Shown here: positions 24,979 through 40,990 of the stretch, piece by piece
Layout of the letters: the number at the start of each line of letters is the position of its first letter
How positions within the stretch are numbered: position 1 is the stretch's first letter
Origin: Octopus sinensis
Lineage: Eukaryota
Length of the DNA stretch: 64,000 nt
Assembly (NCBI RefSeq): GCF_006345805.1
Contig: NW_021834179.1
Span: 12,336-76,335 of the forward strand
Reading direction: 5' to 3'
Position numbers and translations under genes: made by a program
Notes under the pieces: model-generated
Databases searched by the model: none
What the model saw: only the letters and a program-made list of their open reading frames with translations
What the model was told of the DNA's origin: nothing

Positions 24979-25930
24979 TAAGGTCGGACTTATATTTCGG
25001 AAAGATCTATGAAAATTAACATCGACATCATGTGATGCATTACAATAATGATTGTAGGTGTAGGTTTCAGGACTAATGAATGTCCATTACTTGTACATTT
25101 GCGCTATCAGCCCTATCGTAAGCATTTGAGACAATGATATTCCATTGTCTCACACCGTACCGTCTTAACCACGGAAAGAACACAACGCACATTGCGATGT
25201 AAGTGAATCGACGGGATGATCATGACCGAAACGCCTCTGATCATAGTCTTGTCACCAGTGAACAACAAGCATTCTTTACAACCAACTGAAATATATTCTG
25301 GGAAACGAGGAAAATTCGCCTGGTTTCCATTTTAGTAACTAGAGCGATTAGGTCTTGTCTTTGAGCAGATATCGCCATCCCAATAATCGATTAAAACAAT
25401 GGCGTTTGTTTTAGAAAAGCGTCAAGTAGATAAGAATATTCTCTGGGTGTTGCCAGGACATATGAAAAATACCATTTTGGTAACATAATAGAAGTCGAGG
25501 ACACATGAAATCGTGATTAAGGTCGTGATTTCAGATCATAGGACGAGTGGTGTTTTGTGCGCAGAACACTTCATCTTATGTTGCACAGCGACCATTTCAA
25601 CACTTGACTTGTAGGAATGGTGACTAGCTGGAAAATGGATTTATTTTCCGGATATTAAAAAATTTCAGCCACTCACATACATCAAGGGAAAATACTACCA
25701 CTCTCGTTTAAAAAAAAATTAGATAATTTTTCAACAGGGTATTTCATTCAGTATTCTTATCGGATAGCAGCTGGAACGTGAGACATAAAACTTATATGAG
25801 GCAATAAAATATTCAGATAAGTTGATAAAACATTTAATTTCTGTCAAAAATTGAAACTGAAGTCATATTTGGAGTCGGCGTTATAAAGGTAAATAAATTT
25901 TTGTTACTTTTATTTTAAGATTTATCATTT
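24979..25930 (-). repeat. Module A copy 2 (left-truncated)
   Basis: Aligns to 11121-12100. The adjacent 25960-27080 aligns to 12120-12900, and 27150-27340 repeats 25960-26140. Confidence 0.85.
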
Positions 25931-26270
25931 ATATACACACACACATATATATGATTTATGTTTCCCTTTCTCTCTATCCTTCTATAAGTATGCAACTTAA
26001 TAGAATAACTTTGTTACTGACGATCATTTGTCGGTGAGCATTTGGTTCCAACCAACCATAACGTTGTTACACGCACGTCAGAATTATTATTGAAATATTT
26101 GTTTGTCCTGTTCATCCTATATATAGACTTAAACATAAATACATATGCGTTGGCGTGGCTATGTGGTAAGAAACATGGTTCGAAAGCAGATAGTTCCAGG
26201 TTCAGTTTCACTGCATGGCAATTTGGGAAAGTGACTTCTACTATTGTCTTGGGCCGACCAAAGTCTTACG

Positions 26271-26302
<32 letters not shown>

Positions 26303-26307
26303 ATGTG

Positions 26308-26339
<32 letters not shown>

Positions 26340-27497
26340 AGTCTGATTGTTTGTGTATGTGTGTTTCTGTCTTTGCGACTGTGTTTGTTACCCATTCATA
26401 TCTTGACAGCAGGTTTTTTACGCCCCCCTCCTTAACATTGCGGTTCGGCAAAAGCGGCCAATAAAATAAGTACTTGGCTTACAAAGAATAAGGTCTGATG
26501 TCAATTTATTGGGCTTAAAGTCTTTTGATATGGTGCTCCAGCATGGACGCAGGCAAATGTGTCCAACAAGTAAAAGAATTAAAGAAAAAAAATACACATT
26601 TATATATGTGTGTGTGTATATATCTAAATGCGTATGAGTATATATATATATGTATTTATATACCTATATATATGTGTGTGTGTGTGAATGTTTTGCCTCG
26701 TACACATGTGCATATATTCACACACACATGTAGACACACGCTCACATATACATTCATATATACATACATATATATATACAAACGTACATACATACACACA
26801 CTCATATGCACACACACTCATACACACATATATTTGTTTGTGTTTGTGTATGTATATATATGCATCTTTATATAACCATACATGATTACATATGACAACG
26901 CGTTGCAATTCTTTGTTTTAAAATCCTAGATTGCTGCCTATAAAGTGGTTTCTGGCTTAGTTAGAATGCCAGTGGTTGTGTTCTGTGGGGGAGGTGGACA
27001 GTCGACTAATTGGACTTCAGCACCTCTGAGAAATGAAAGGCAAAGGGGAGTTCGACTGGAAAGGAACTCAGAACGCACCTAGATAAATCAATTTTTGTTA
27101 TTTTTTTTTAAGATTTATTTATATATACACATACACATATATATATGATTTATTTTTCCATCTCTCTCATCTTTCTATAACTATGCAACTTAATAGAATA
27201 ACGTTGTTCCTGACGGTCATTTGTCGGTGAGCATTTGGTTCCAAGCAACCATAACGTTGTTACACGCACGTAATAACTATTAGTTAAACATTTGATTGTC
27301 CTCTCCATCCTATTTATAGACTTATCCATAAACACATATGCATAGGCGTGGCTATGTGGTAAGAAACTTGCTCCGCAGTCAGATAGATCCAGGTTCAGTT
27401 TCACTTTATGGCAACCTGGGAAAGTGTCTTCTACTATAGCCTCAGGTCGAGCAAAGACTTGTGAGTGGGTATTGTAGACGGACCCGAAGGAAGTCCG

Positions 27498-27542
<45 letters not shown>

Positions 27543-27893
27543 TATGTGTTTGTGAGTGTGTGTGTGGCGTGTGTGTGTGAGTGTGTGTGTTTGCCTGTGT
27601 GTGTGTGTGTGTCTGTGTGACTTTGTTTGTTACGCGTTCATAGTTTGACAGCAGGTCTTCTACACCCGCCTTAACATAGCTGTTCGGCAAAAGCGATCAA
27701 TAAAATAAGTACCAGGCTTACAAAAAATAAGCTGTTGTAAATTTCTTCGGCTCTTCGGCTTTTCAGTTGGCACTACAGCAAGGCCGCAGTCAAATGTCTT
27801 AAACAAGTAAAATAATTAATGTAAAGAATACACTTTTTATACGTGTGTGTAGAGCTCTGAATTCGCATGAATATTTAATATATATATATATGT

Positions 27894-27937
<44 letters not shown>

Positions 27938-27947
27938 TATATATACA

Positions 27948-27987
<40 letters not shown>

Positions 27988-28024
27988 GATCAAAATAAAA
28001 TAAAAACATGATGCGAAGGATTCA

Positions 28025-28102
28025 GCGGTACATATGTTTCGGGCCTTTATTAGACAGATTTATAACAATGCATAATGTATGTCTGTGGCCTTCTTCAGCC
28101 GC
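28025..28102 (-). ncRNA. Minimal hammerhead ribozyme, left arm of the palindrome
   Basis: Exact reverse complement of 28329-28406. Confidence 0.82.
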
Positions 28103-28328
28103 GCACAACAGCTTCCACAAGGACATGTGTTACATCAAAAGTTCTTGGTTGGGGATGCAAATCCTCTCATTCACGTACGACATAATGCGGCAGCAGCATA
28201 GAGAGAAGAAAGAGATGGACGCTTCAACTCTATGCTGCTGCCGCATTATGTCGTACGTGAATGAGAGTATTTGCATCCCCAACCAAGAACTTTTGATGTA
28301 ACACATGTCCTTGTGGAAGCTGTTGTGC

Positions 28329-28406
28329 GCGGCTGAAGAAGGCCACAGACATACATTATGCATTGTTATAAATCTGTCTAATAAAGGCCCGAAACATATG
28401 TACCGC
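28329..28406 (+). ncRNA. Minimal hammerhead ribozyme, right arm of the palindrome
   Basis: GCGG-CUGAAGA-aGGCC..(extended stem II containing AAUAAA)..GGCCc-GAAAC-AUAU-GUA-CCGC; stem III palindrome ACAUAUGU; predicted cleavage after 28402. Confidence 0.82.
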
Positions 28407-28551
28407 TGAATCCTTCGCATCATGTTTTTATTTTATTTTGATCAATATACTCCACCACCTACACCACCAAACGGTATACACAGGTGCTTATAATTATCAA
28501 GTACTCACCCCGAATTTCTATATATATATATATATATACACGCCAACGTAC

Positions 28552-31372
<2,821 letters not shown>

Positions 31373-31388
31373 AATAATAATAATAATA

Positions 31389-31443
<55 letters not shown>

Positions 31444-31548
31444 CCATACAATAACCATCAGAGCATCACAGCAAATCACAGCACATACCCAAGGGAAACA
31501 GAGCTGCGCTCGGTAGTGAAGTGAAAGCACGCTATAAAAATAAAACTA

Positions 31549-31644
<96 letters not shown>

Positions 31645-31822
31645 CACAACACCAGCAAATTTTTTTTATATATTAGACATTCACTAGTACAACACCAAAA
31701 AAAACCAAATATATGGCACACTAGGCCTAACAACAATGCGAAATTCCAACCTGTTGTCCCTTGAGGTCTCTGGGTGAGACTTGGAGCCAACTTGTACAAA
31801 TATAAAGCAAAACTCAAACATA

Positions 31823-31886
<64 letters not shown>

Positions 31887-32061
31887 TAAATAATAATAAT
31901 AATATAATAATAATAATAACAATAATAATAATAATAACACTTTCCATACAATAACCATCAGAGCATCACAACAAATCACAGCACATACCCAAGGCTCACA
32001 GAGCTGCGCTCGGTAGTGAAGTGAAAGCACGATATAAAAATAAAACTACTGAATAATAATG

Positions 32062-32110
<49 letters not shown>

Positions 32111-32322
32111 TAATAATAATCACAACACCAGCAATTTTTCTTTTTATTAGACATTCACTAGTACAACACCAAAAAAACCCCAAATATATGGCACACTAGG
32201 CCTAACAACAATGCGAACTTACAACCTGTTGTCTCTTGAGGTCTCTGGGTGAGACTTGGAGCCAACTTGTACAGACATAAAGCAAAAGTCAAACATAGAA
32301 TAATAATAATAATAATAATAAT

Positions 32323-32365
<43 letters not shown>
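31373..32365 (+). repeat. (TAA)n array with alternating 3' ends of two Dong families: A 31438-31552, B 31645-31824, A 31938-32052, B 32121-32299
   Basis: A matches the 3' end of the 32949-37166 element; B matches the 3' end of the 7892-9904 element. Confidence 0.92.
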
Positions 32366-32920
32366 TGCCCTGATGAAGTACCAGGCAGTGGCTCTCATGG
32401 CTTCTGATCTTAACTGATTGGAAGTGTTATCATGTACATTGTTTTGTCTTGGTATAAAAGATGGGCTACAGCAAATATTCTGCTCAATACCACAGATTTG
32501 CTTGTCAGTTGTTTGACCTTAACCAGTTGAGCATGTCCCTTAGTGGCTGACGATATGTGCATCTCTGATCACGAGCAGAAGTAGTGGGGGAGCATCATAG
32601 CCATGTGTTGAGAGGGATTCTTTGGGGTTTGAATAGTTCACCTCTGGAAACATGGGTGGTTCTTTCAACATCCTTAAACAACCCTTATTCAGGGACCGTT
32701 TGAGCGGGATGGGCTACTCAACCTGAAGAAAATTCTAACTGGGCCCCACCTGCAAGGTCATGTGCTGTTTATCTTGATATGAGATCACCATGTCGCGCAC
32801 ATATGGTTGTGATGCATGTGCCTGGTGTACCTTTATCAGACGGATAGTCATGATGGGTATATTGGGCTTCGTATATTTTACCCCAGTGTCACTTTGATGG
32901 CATGAACTGCTCTCTCACTC
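32366..32920. mobile_element. Unclassified ~555-bp non-coding interspersed element embedded in (TAA)n
   Basis: Sharp boundaries against (TAA)n on both sides and no long ORF. Resembles a repeat I recall as common in Octopus sequence; class and orientation are not established. Confidence 0.5.
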
Positions 32921-32948
32921 AATAATAATAGTAATAATAATAATGATA

Positions 32949-35900
32949 AGGAAGACACCGGGGACGTTTTAGATGTAAGAAGGAAAATACAGAGCTCCGA
33001 AATCTATCCACAAACATCGAAAACAAGGACACCCTATGGAGCCAAAGATTTACTAACAAAGAATTGGACTATATCCGAGTAAGTAATACGAATTGAATTT
33101 TATTACTATTTTCGAAACGAAAGGATGTATTTTGACTCGATATTATCTCCACCTCTAACACAACACATGTAAACATGCGTGGAACGACACGATTATCCCC
33201 GACCTCAAACACCATGTACAAAGGAACTACGAAGAAATTAAATGCCACCGATACTATTCAGCCCAAGAATAACAATCGAGCGATACGTACATTAAACCTG
33301 CAACAAAAAATGTACGAAAAACTACACGTGCGAAATTATGTGACAACAGAAATAAACGGACCGGTACCCTACGAAAATGACGACCGTCAAAATAATGGGC
33401 CGGACGTTGTACCTCATGTCCCGCAAATAAAACCCAAAAGACGTAAATGGACACGTGAGGAATACATTTCTATCTTACACGCATACTTCACAGCAATACT
33501 CTACCAAAAAAATGAAAATACAAAAACACATACATATAAAATATGGAAGGAAAATAATAGAGATATAGACTTGGATACAGCAATGAACCCTAATAAATTA
33601 GCTAGCGTACGAAGATACATTCTCAACACAAAAAAAATATCAGAAATAGAAATAGAACACCTAAAAGAAAACATACACCAGGAAAATGTAGATAGAAGCC
33701 ACACAACAATGCCCATAATATAAACACTGAAACTGTAAAACACGAAGACAAACGCAACATTCCCAACAAACACGATGTAAACAACGAAGGGGAGCCTAAT
33801 GATTATGATAATATAAAAAATAAAATAATCAAAGAACTGAAAACCACAGAGCCCAAAATGGACCACCGACCATACCTCCCAAGAATCAAAATAAACGAAA
33901 TAACAACACCAATTATAAACAGCATAAACCTAGCCGTCACCGAACTAGCCACTGAAACAAAAAATAGTGATATCACTGAACTAAATGACTTGATATACGC
34001 AGCAGCCACTGCAGCCACAAAATAAGCTGGATACTCACCCAAACCCGCCCAAACAGGAGTACCACCACCCAAACAAACCCTGTGGATAAATAACATCCAA
34101 AGCAAAATTAAAAAAATTAGAAAAGACCTGTCGATTCTTAATGAAATCAGCAAACAAGCAACGCTACTGAGCAACAAAAAGAGAACAAAAATACTCCGCA
34201 AATATAACATCACAGAAAAAGATTTGCCTAAAATAAAAGAAAAGCTGAAGCAAGATATCCTTGCCAAAGCACAAAGGATCCGCCGGTACAAGAAACGCCA
34301 ACGCTTCTTTGAAGAAAACAAAAAGTTCAACTCCAACCCCAAAAAGTTCTACCAAGAACTGGGCAAAAATAAAATAGAAGTCACTGCAGCACCAACGGCA
34401 GAAGAATTGGAAGAATTCAGGAGAGAAATATGGTCGGCGAACGAACCACCAAAAAAAAGGAGTATCAAAATAACAAACTCGGCATCTGAACAACTTTGGA
34501 CCCCCATAACAACTGAAGAGGTCACCCAGGCACTGCAAAAACTAAGCAACTGGAAGGCACCTGGGCATGACAAGATCCCCGACTTCTGGTTGAAATATCT
34601 AACAGGAATGCACAAAAAGCTGGCTGAAAACTTTAACAACGTACTAGCAGAGCCAGAGACAATGCCTGAATGGCTCACGAAAGGGAAAATCATCTTAATT
34701 CACAAATCAAATGAAACAGAAAAACCAGAAAACTACAGACCAATAACCTGCCTCCCTACTATGTTGAAGGCATTTACTGCAGTGATATCACAAAGGCTGA
34801 ACAAGCACCTGGACGAAAACAAACTGTTCCCAGAAGAGCAGAAAGGATGCCGCAAAGGCTCATATGGCTGTAAAGATCAACTAATGATTAATAAAGCCAT
34901 AACTGAAGACAGCCACAGAAAGAAGAAAGGCCTCAGTATGGCCTGGATTGACTACAAAAAGGCATTTGATAGCATCCCCGACACATGGATCCTCGAAACA
35001 CTAGCCATTAACAAAGTAGCACCAACAATCATAAAATTCATAGAGCACTCTATGAATAAATGGCAAACAGTCCTACACCTCCAAACAAAAGAGGGATTCA
35101 TGAAAACCAAAGACATCCCCATTAGAAGAGGAATATTCCAGGGAGACACGCTCTCTCCACTCCTTTTCTGCTTGGCACTGTCACCTCTATCTGATATACT
35201 AAATAGAACTGGATGCGGATATAAATGTTACGGCAAAACGATCAGCCACCTTTGGATGACCTAAAACTATACGCTGCAAATGACAAACAGCTGGAAACAC
35301 TATTAAAGACAATTCATGGATTTACCAAAGAAATAGATATGAAATTTGGATTAGAAAAATGCGCCAAAGTAACCATGAAAGAGGAAAACTAGTTAAGAGT
35401 AACAACATCACACTAGATAAAACCAATGAAATAAAAGAATTAGACCAAAGCCAAACTTACAAATACTTAGGAATCCATGAACTAGATAAGACACAACACA
35501 CACAAATGAAAGAGAAAAATAAAAAAAGAATATTATAGACGAGTTAGATCAATACTAAAAATAGAGCTCAATGCTAAAAACAAGATAATAGGTATTAACA
35601 CTAATACTAAAAACAGAGCTCAATGCTAAAAACAAGATAATAGCTATTAACACTTTAGCTGTCCCAGTTATATGTTACGGCTACGAACTGACCAAAATAG
35701 ATAGGAAAACAAGAAAAATAATGACAGGATCTAGGATGCATCAACCAAAATCTAACATAGAAAGACTATATATACAACGTATAGAAGGTGTTAGAGGCCT
35801 TAAACAGCTGGAAAACTACTATAAAATAACCACCATAGGACTGCAAAAATATCTACTTCAAAAGGATGGAAAACTGATACAAATAGCGGCAAAACAAAAA

Positions 35901-37166
35901 AACTGTTCTCAGTATTTAAGGAAGCTGACAAATACAAACAAGAAATCATACCACCTAACAAATATAAAGAAGAAGAAGAAAAAGAAGAAGAAGAAGAAGA
36001 AGAAGAAGAAGAAGAAGAAGAAGAAAAAGAAGAAGTAGAAAAAGAAGAAGAAGATGAAACAACAAAAGCTATAAAACAAATGAAATCCAAACTAAAAATA
36101 GAACAGCAACGAACCATGATAAAACGATGGCAAGAAAAGCCCCTTCATGGTAAATACTGGACTAAACTAAATGCAGAAGAAATAGACAAAAAAAATCCCA
36201 GCAATGGTTGAGAAGCTCAGGACTCAAAGCCGAGACAGAGGGATTTTTAATTGCAGCCTCCCCACCAGAAATTACCAAAAACATATATTGAAAAGAAATA
36301 TAACAAGTAGCTGCAGAAAAAGTGGAGATGGACAAGAAACAATAAATCATATTATCTCTGGCTGCCCAGTCCTGGCTAAGAAGGAATAAATTCACAGACA
36401 TGACAGAGTTAGGACCTACATACCCTGGAAGCTATGCCAATATTATGGAATAACAACAGAAAAAGATGGTATAGGCACACATCAGAAAAGGTCACAGAAA
36501 ACGAGAAAGCAACCATACTCTGGGATATGCCGATACACACAGATAGAGAAATTAAGGCCAACAGACCAGATATAGTTGTCAGAGATCATGAAGAAAAAAA
36601 ATGCTTTCTAATTGATGTATCAATACCGGCAGATGACAACAACAGAAAAAAGATGGTATAGGCACACACCAGAAAAGGTCACAGAAAACGAGAAAGCAAC
36701 CATACTCTGGGATATGCCGATACACACAGATAGAGAAATTAAGGCCAACAGACCAGATATAGTTGTCAGAGATCATGAAGAAAAAAAATGCTTTCTAATT
36801 GATGTATCAATACCGGCAGATGACAACGTGTCTCTAAAAGAAATGGAGAAACTTTCAAAATACAAAGACCTGGAAATATAGGTAACCAGAATGTGGAATC
36901 TGAAAACCGAAACAATTCCTATCATAATAGGTGCATTAGGCATGATAAAAAAAATATTCAGACAAATACATAACAAAAACACCAGGACTTACAAACACAT
37001 ATAACATACAGAAAATTGCACTACTAGGCACTGCACACATCCTACGCAGAACACTTTCCATACAATAACCATCAGAGCATCACAACAAATCACAGCACAT
37101 ACCGAAGGCACACAGAGCTGTGCTCGGTAGTGAAGTGAAAGAACACTATAAAAATATAACTACTGA
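32949..37166 (+). mobile_element. Near full-length R4/Dong-clade LINE, family A, inserted in (TAA)n; inactivated
   Basis: N-terminal RRKWTREEY motif (33175-33723); RT NWKAPGHDKI, NYRPITCL, EQKGC, WIDYKKAFDS, RGIFQGDTLSPLLF; zinc knuckle and RLE NRPDIVV..LIDVSIP, KLSKYKDL. Has frameshifts, internal duplications and a (GAA)n tract. Confidence 0.95.
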
Positions 37167-37175
37167 ATAATAATG

Positions 37176-37248
<73 letters not shown>

Positions 37249-37282
37249 CTTTGCAAAGGGAAGCCATTCTTCCCGTCTTTTA

Positions 37283-37325
37283 ACACGGACTCGAGTTTCA
37301 AGGTATTGACCTATCATCAGCGTGT
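37283..37325 (-). ncRNA. Minimal hammerhead ribozyme, canonical core
   Basis: ACACG-CUGAUGA-uAGG-ucaaua-CCUu-GAAAC-UCGA-GUC-CGUGU; palindrome ACUCGAGU. Confidence 0.85.
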
Positions 37326-37629
37326 GACAATCATAGTTGTCGATAAGAAGGAGATTCTCTGTACAAATACATACACTTTTTCCAATTATAAACTGCAGCA
37401 GAAACACACCGTGACGTAAATATGCCATTTGAATATGGCTAACCCCTAAGGGTGGATGCTACAGTAGTTGGCATATTTACGTTACGATGTGTTTCTGCTA
37501 CTGTTTATAACTCACTCTGATATTTATCATTGTTTGATTTCACTTTTTCAATATCAGTGTCAGTGGATACTGGAAAAAGTATATGTATTTGTAGAGAGAA
37601 CCTCCTTCTTATCGACAACTATGATTGTC

Positions 37630-37672
37630 ACACGCTGGTGATAGGTCAATACCTTGAAACTCGAGTCCGTGT
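37630..37672 (+). ncRNA. Hammerhead copy with an A6G core change (CUGGUGA), probably impaired
   Basis: Identical to the 37283-37325 motif except for A6G. Confidence 0.7.
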
Positions 37673-37899
37673 GTATCATAAGTTGAGGACAGGAAGGACG
37701 GCTTCCCTTTGCAAATACTGATAGGACACAGAAAGTGTGTCTATAGCCACCTGGAGGAGGTGTCCTCCTGGGGCTATAAACTACAGTAGCATCCACCCTT
37801 AGGGGTTAGCCATATTCAAATGGCAAATATACGTCACGATGTGTTTCTGCTACTGTTTATAACTCACTCTGATATTTATCATTATATGTATATATATAT

Positions 37900-37998
<99 letters not shown>

Positions 37999-38021
37999 AT
38001 ACATACATATAGATTTAAAAC

Positions 38022-38052
<31 letters not shown>

Positions 38053-38429
38053 TATATATATAATGCTATAAAATTCATAACAATTTTTTAAATCTATAAA
38101 TTATTCAAATCATAGGAGTAAGAAATAATTTAATAACATTTTATCTAATGAATACTTATATTGATTTATGAAGCTAGAATAAATATATTTAAATCTACAA
38201 AATAACACTGGAAGGAGTTTACCTTTGAAAAACCTAACCTAAAATAATACCAACGTAGAAATCCAAAAACAAATGAGAGAAGAACTTACTTAAATAGTAA
38301 ATGCAAAGGATGAAACTGTGATTATCAAACTCTCAATAATCGGTTTATCAAATTAAACAAAGTGAAGCATCCTTAAAAGACCTGTTTATGTAGAAATGTT
38401 TAAACACATTCATTCCAATGAACACTAAA

Positions 38430-38757
38430 AATCCTCTTTCCGATTTTGAATTTAACAGCTTTCTTCTAGAAAATAAAATCAAAAATAATTCTTCAAAACA
38501 AAACGAACAGAACCGATTGGCAGTCTTATAGGCCGGAGCCGTCCCTAAAATGTTCCATTCAATAATGAACAAATTATTATGATCTTTAAGATTCCAGATG
38601 AAATTACTAAGACTAATAGAAGAAGCCTTATTTCTAATCCTAAAAGAAAGGTAATGGTTTGAAACCTTGTTTGTTAATATCATTAGCAGAAGAACCAATA
38701 TAAATGTAATGATTACCCCCAGAAATGATTTCAGCTTCATAAACCGCTTCTTTACTA
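38430..38757 (-). mobile_element. Second PLE GIY-YIG endonuclease remnant (old, AT-rich)
   Basis: AVYEAEI..YIYIGSS; NHYLSF..SISLSNFIWNLK..IEWNILGTAPAYK..CSFCFEE..LLNSKSE, the same motif order as 3146-3586. Confidence 0.85.
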
Positions 38758-40870
38758 TTGTATAAAGATGCTGTCTTTAGAAGTTGTAAATGCATTTTAG
38801 AGCGTGGTTGCAAAATATTTGGAGAAGAATTTTGGTGCTTCAAGATCCCCTTGCTTAACTCTGTTTTCAAATGGAAATGCTTCTGCTATGGATCCATCAA
38901 ATTTAACTTGGGCTTTCATATCCATATACAGAGCCCTAATTATATTCACAAACTAATCTCGACAGTTAAGTTTCTTCGGTACCGGCCACGGTCGAAAACA
39001 TTCCTAAGATCCACAAAACAATGGTAGAACCTCATGTTTTGTTCATTGCCCCTTCCTGGCAGCTGCCAGGCAGGGAAGATCATATCAACTGTCCCACATG
39101 AAGCACAGACGCTGCATTGTGACTCCGGTGCAGCTCTTGGGATGATAAATTTATGAAGGCGCTCTTAGGTAACATAACGAAGTACCTTTCCAACAACAGA
39201 CAACAAGAATATTCCGTGGACATTTCCACACACGTCCATGGAACGAGATTTATATCAGGAAATGAGAATAGGATCAATCCAGTGTTTATAGTACCCCCTC
39301 TTTCCTCCAGTAAGAAACGAAATAGTTTGATAATCCTTTCCCCCACTAAACCCCTAAATTCCTGAGTTGACTTGTGTTGGCTGGACAGGCATTTCTTTGA
39401 CAACCGAAGAATTAAAGATTTCCTGTGTTATTTTCATATTTCCAGAATAGATCAGAATAGTGAAGTACTAATTGTTTTTGTATGGATTGACATCAGTAAA
39501 GCGCTGTCGGCCATCAACAGATCTCACTGGAGCTATAGTGGTTGACCGAGGGCCAAAAACCTCTTCAATTAATACAAAAGAATAGAAGGCTTTTGTAGCC
39601 TCATGGCCAATAGCACTTTGTACATCTCCTGCCTTTTGGTGCCACCATTTATCTTTCATTTTCTGAAGACTACATCGAATTTTTAATTGAAGAGATGTGT
39701 ATCTCATGTCCTGGCTGGAATTGTTTGTTTTACTTAGAATAGGTCTTGCTTTGTGACTACTTTTTATGAAGAAGTTTAGGAATTTCCAAGCCAATAAACC
39801 AAGTTGCATCTTTCTTAAATCTCTTTCCCCAAATAGAAGAAACCGAATCACAGATTTGTAATTTGAAATATTCTTCCATGGATCTCCTTGTTCAGGTGAG
39901 ACATCTCTTATTGACACGTGAAAACTTTGTGATAAAGTGGGGGGAATGAAGGTTTGCTGTGTTGATTCTCTTTGGTACAGTAGAGCCCCCCCTTTCTAAT
40001 CTAGCGCTGGATTGAAAAATTAAGTTTGTCTCCCACAAGCTTATGCTCTGTCCATCATTCTGCTCCTTTCATAGCTCGGACATTTCAGACAGCTTCCAAA
40101 TCGGATTTGCGTACCAAGACAAAGTCAACAAGGTGCCAGTGCTTAGAACTTGATTGATTCCAGGTTGTTTTATATTTGGTTTTTACTGAAAGAACTGCAT
40201 GCTATCAAAAGCCGATGTTCAGTGCAAACACAAAGAGTAGACACTATTTCAGTTATGTTCTTCTTCACAAGGTCAGTTATGTCATGAAACCAAATTCAAC
40301 TTTTCAGTTGAAGTCTTCCATAATTACTAGCTTATCAGTAGCTGGCATATTTCTTACCAAATCTCCAGGATCGTTGTAGAATTGTCCAACAGATGCTTCT
40401 GCATGTGATATTGTGGGTGCATAACACTTATTACAGTGAAGTATCTCCGTTCCTCTTTTTCAGATGCGGACGACATAATAAAATAGATGCTGAGGAACCG
40501 GTGGGGTGGATTTCAAAAGATGAGACCAGAGGGTTTCTAACAGCCAAGATTCCCTTCTTTCACCATCTGCTAAACCTTTCTGAAAGAAAGTGTAGCCAAA
40601 TCCACCCAATTGAAATGACCATCCCCTCTTAAAAAGTTTCAAGGAGTGTTCCTACCTTTAATGAATGTCTTTTCAAGTTCTGGGCGATAGTACAGTTCAT
40701 CTCTCTGGTCTACGATTAAATTGTTCCTACCTAGAGTACACAGTTTCCAAAAAGCAAGTTTCTTAGAACGTTTAATCTTCTTGAGTTGACCATTTGACCA
40801 GAGTGACAGGTTGATGACTGGGCCATTTGAAGAGCCAAGCTGTATCATGTTTTTGTTCCCAAACCCTTAT
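38758..40870 (-). mobile_element. RTE-BovB-like LINE, 5' half (APE, linker, RT up to motif B')
   Basis: LAFWKLCTL, SKHWHLVDFVLVRKSD, KWWHQKAG..KAFY..VFGP, GTVDMIF, FVDL..FD, VNIIRALYMDMKAQV, RVKQGDLEAPKFFS; degenerate. Confidence 0.85.
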
Positions 40871-40990
40871 TGCCATTTACCACTTTTGTTTAAGTAATTT
40901 CTGATAACTTCAAAGAACATTTGAAGGCCAACCATGCTAATAGAGTTTGTAATATACAAGCGGTACCCCTGTAATTAGATATATTTCTCA

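Larger units (their letters stand above)
27987..28444. repeat. 458-bp palindrome: 217-bp arms, one mismatch, 24-nt spacer; head-to-head pair of PLE-type pLTRs
   Basis: 27987-28203 is the reverse complement of 28228-28444 except c/a in aaat(c/a)ctctc. The mirror ORFs 28008+ and 28423- begin identically. Confidence 0.97.
37250..37882. mobile_element. Rearranged PLE-type pLTR element with inverted segments and two hammerheads
   Basis: 37250-37384 is the reverse complement of 37571-37715; 37387-37470 is the reverse complement of 37779-37862; 37470-37533 directly repeats 37820-37882. Confidence 0.8.

Noticed and set aside
28008-28423. Twin 97-aa ORFs (MMRRIQRY..) as a gene pair
   Set aside because: They are a mirror consequence of the palindrome; the sequence is better explained by hammerhead structure.
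32366-32400. CUGAUGA at 32370 as a hammerhead
   Set aside because: There is no downstream GAAA or compatible stems.
32949-33100. HDV-like ribozyme at the 5' end of the Dong element, as known for some R2 and R4 elements
   Set aside because: I could not assemble P1-P4 by eye; a descriptor search is needed.
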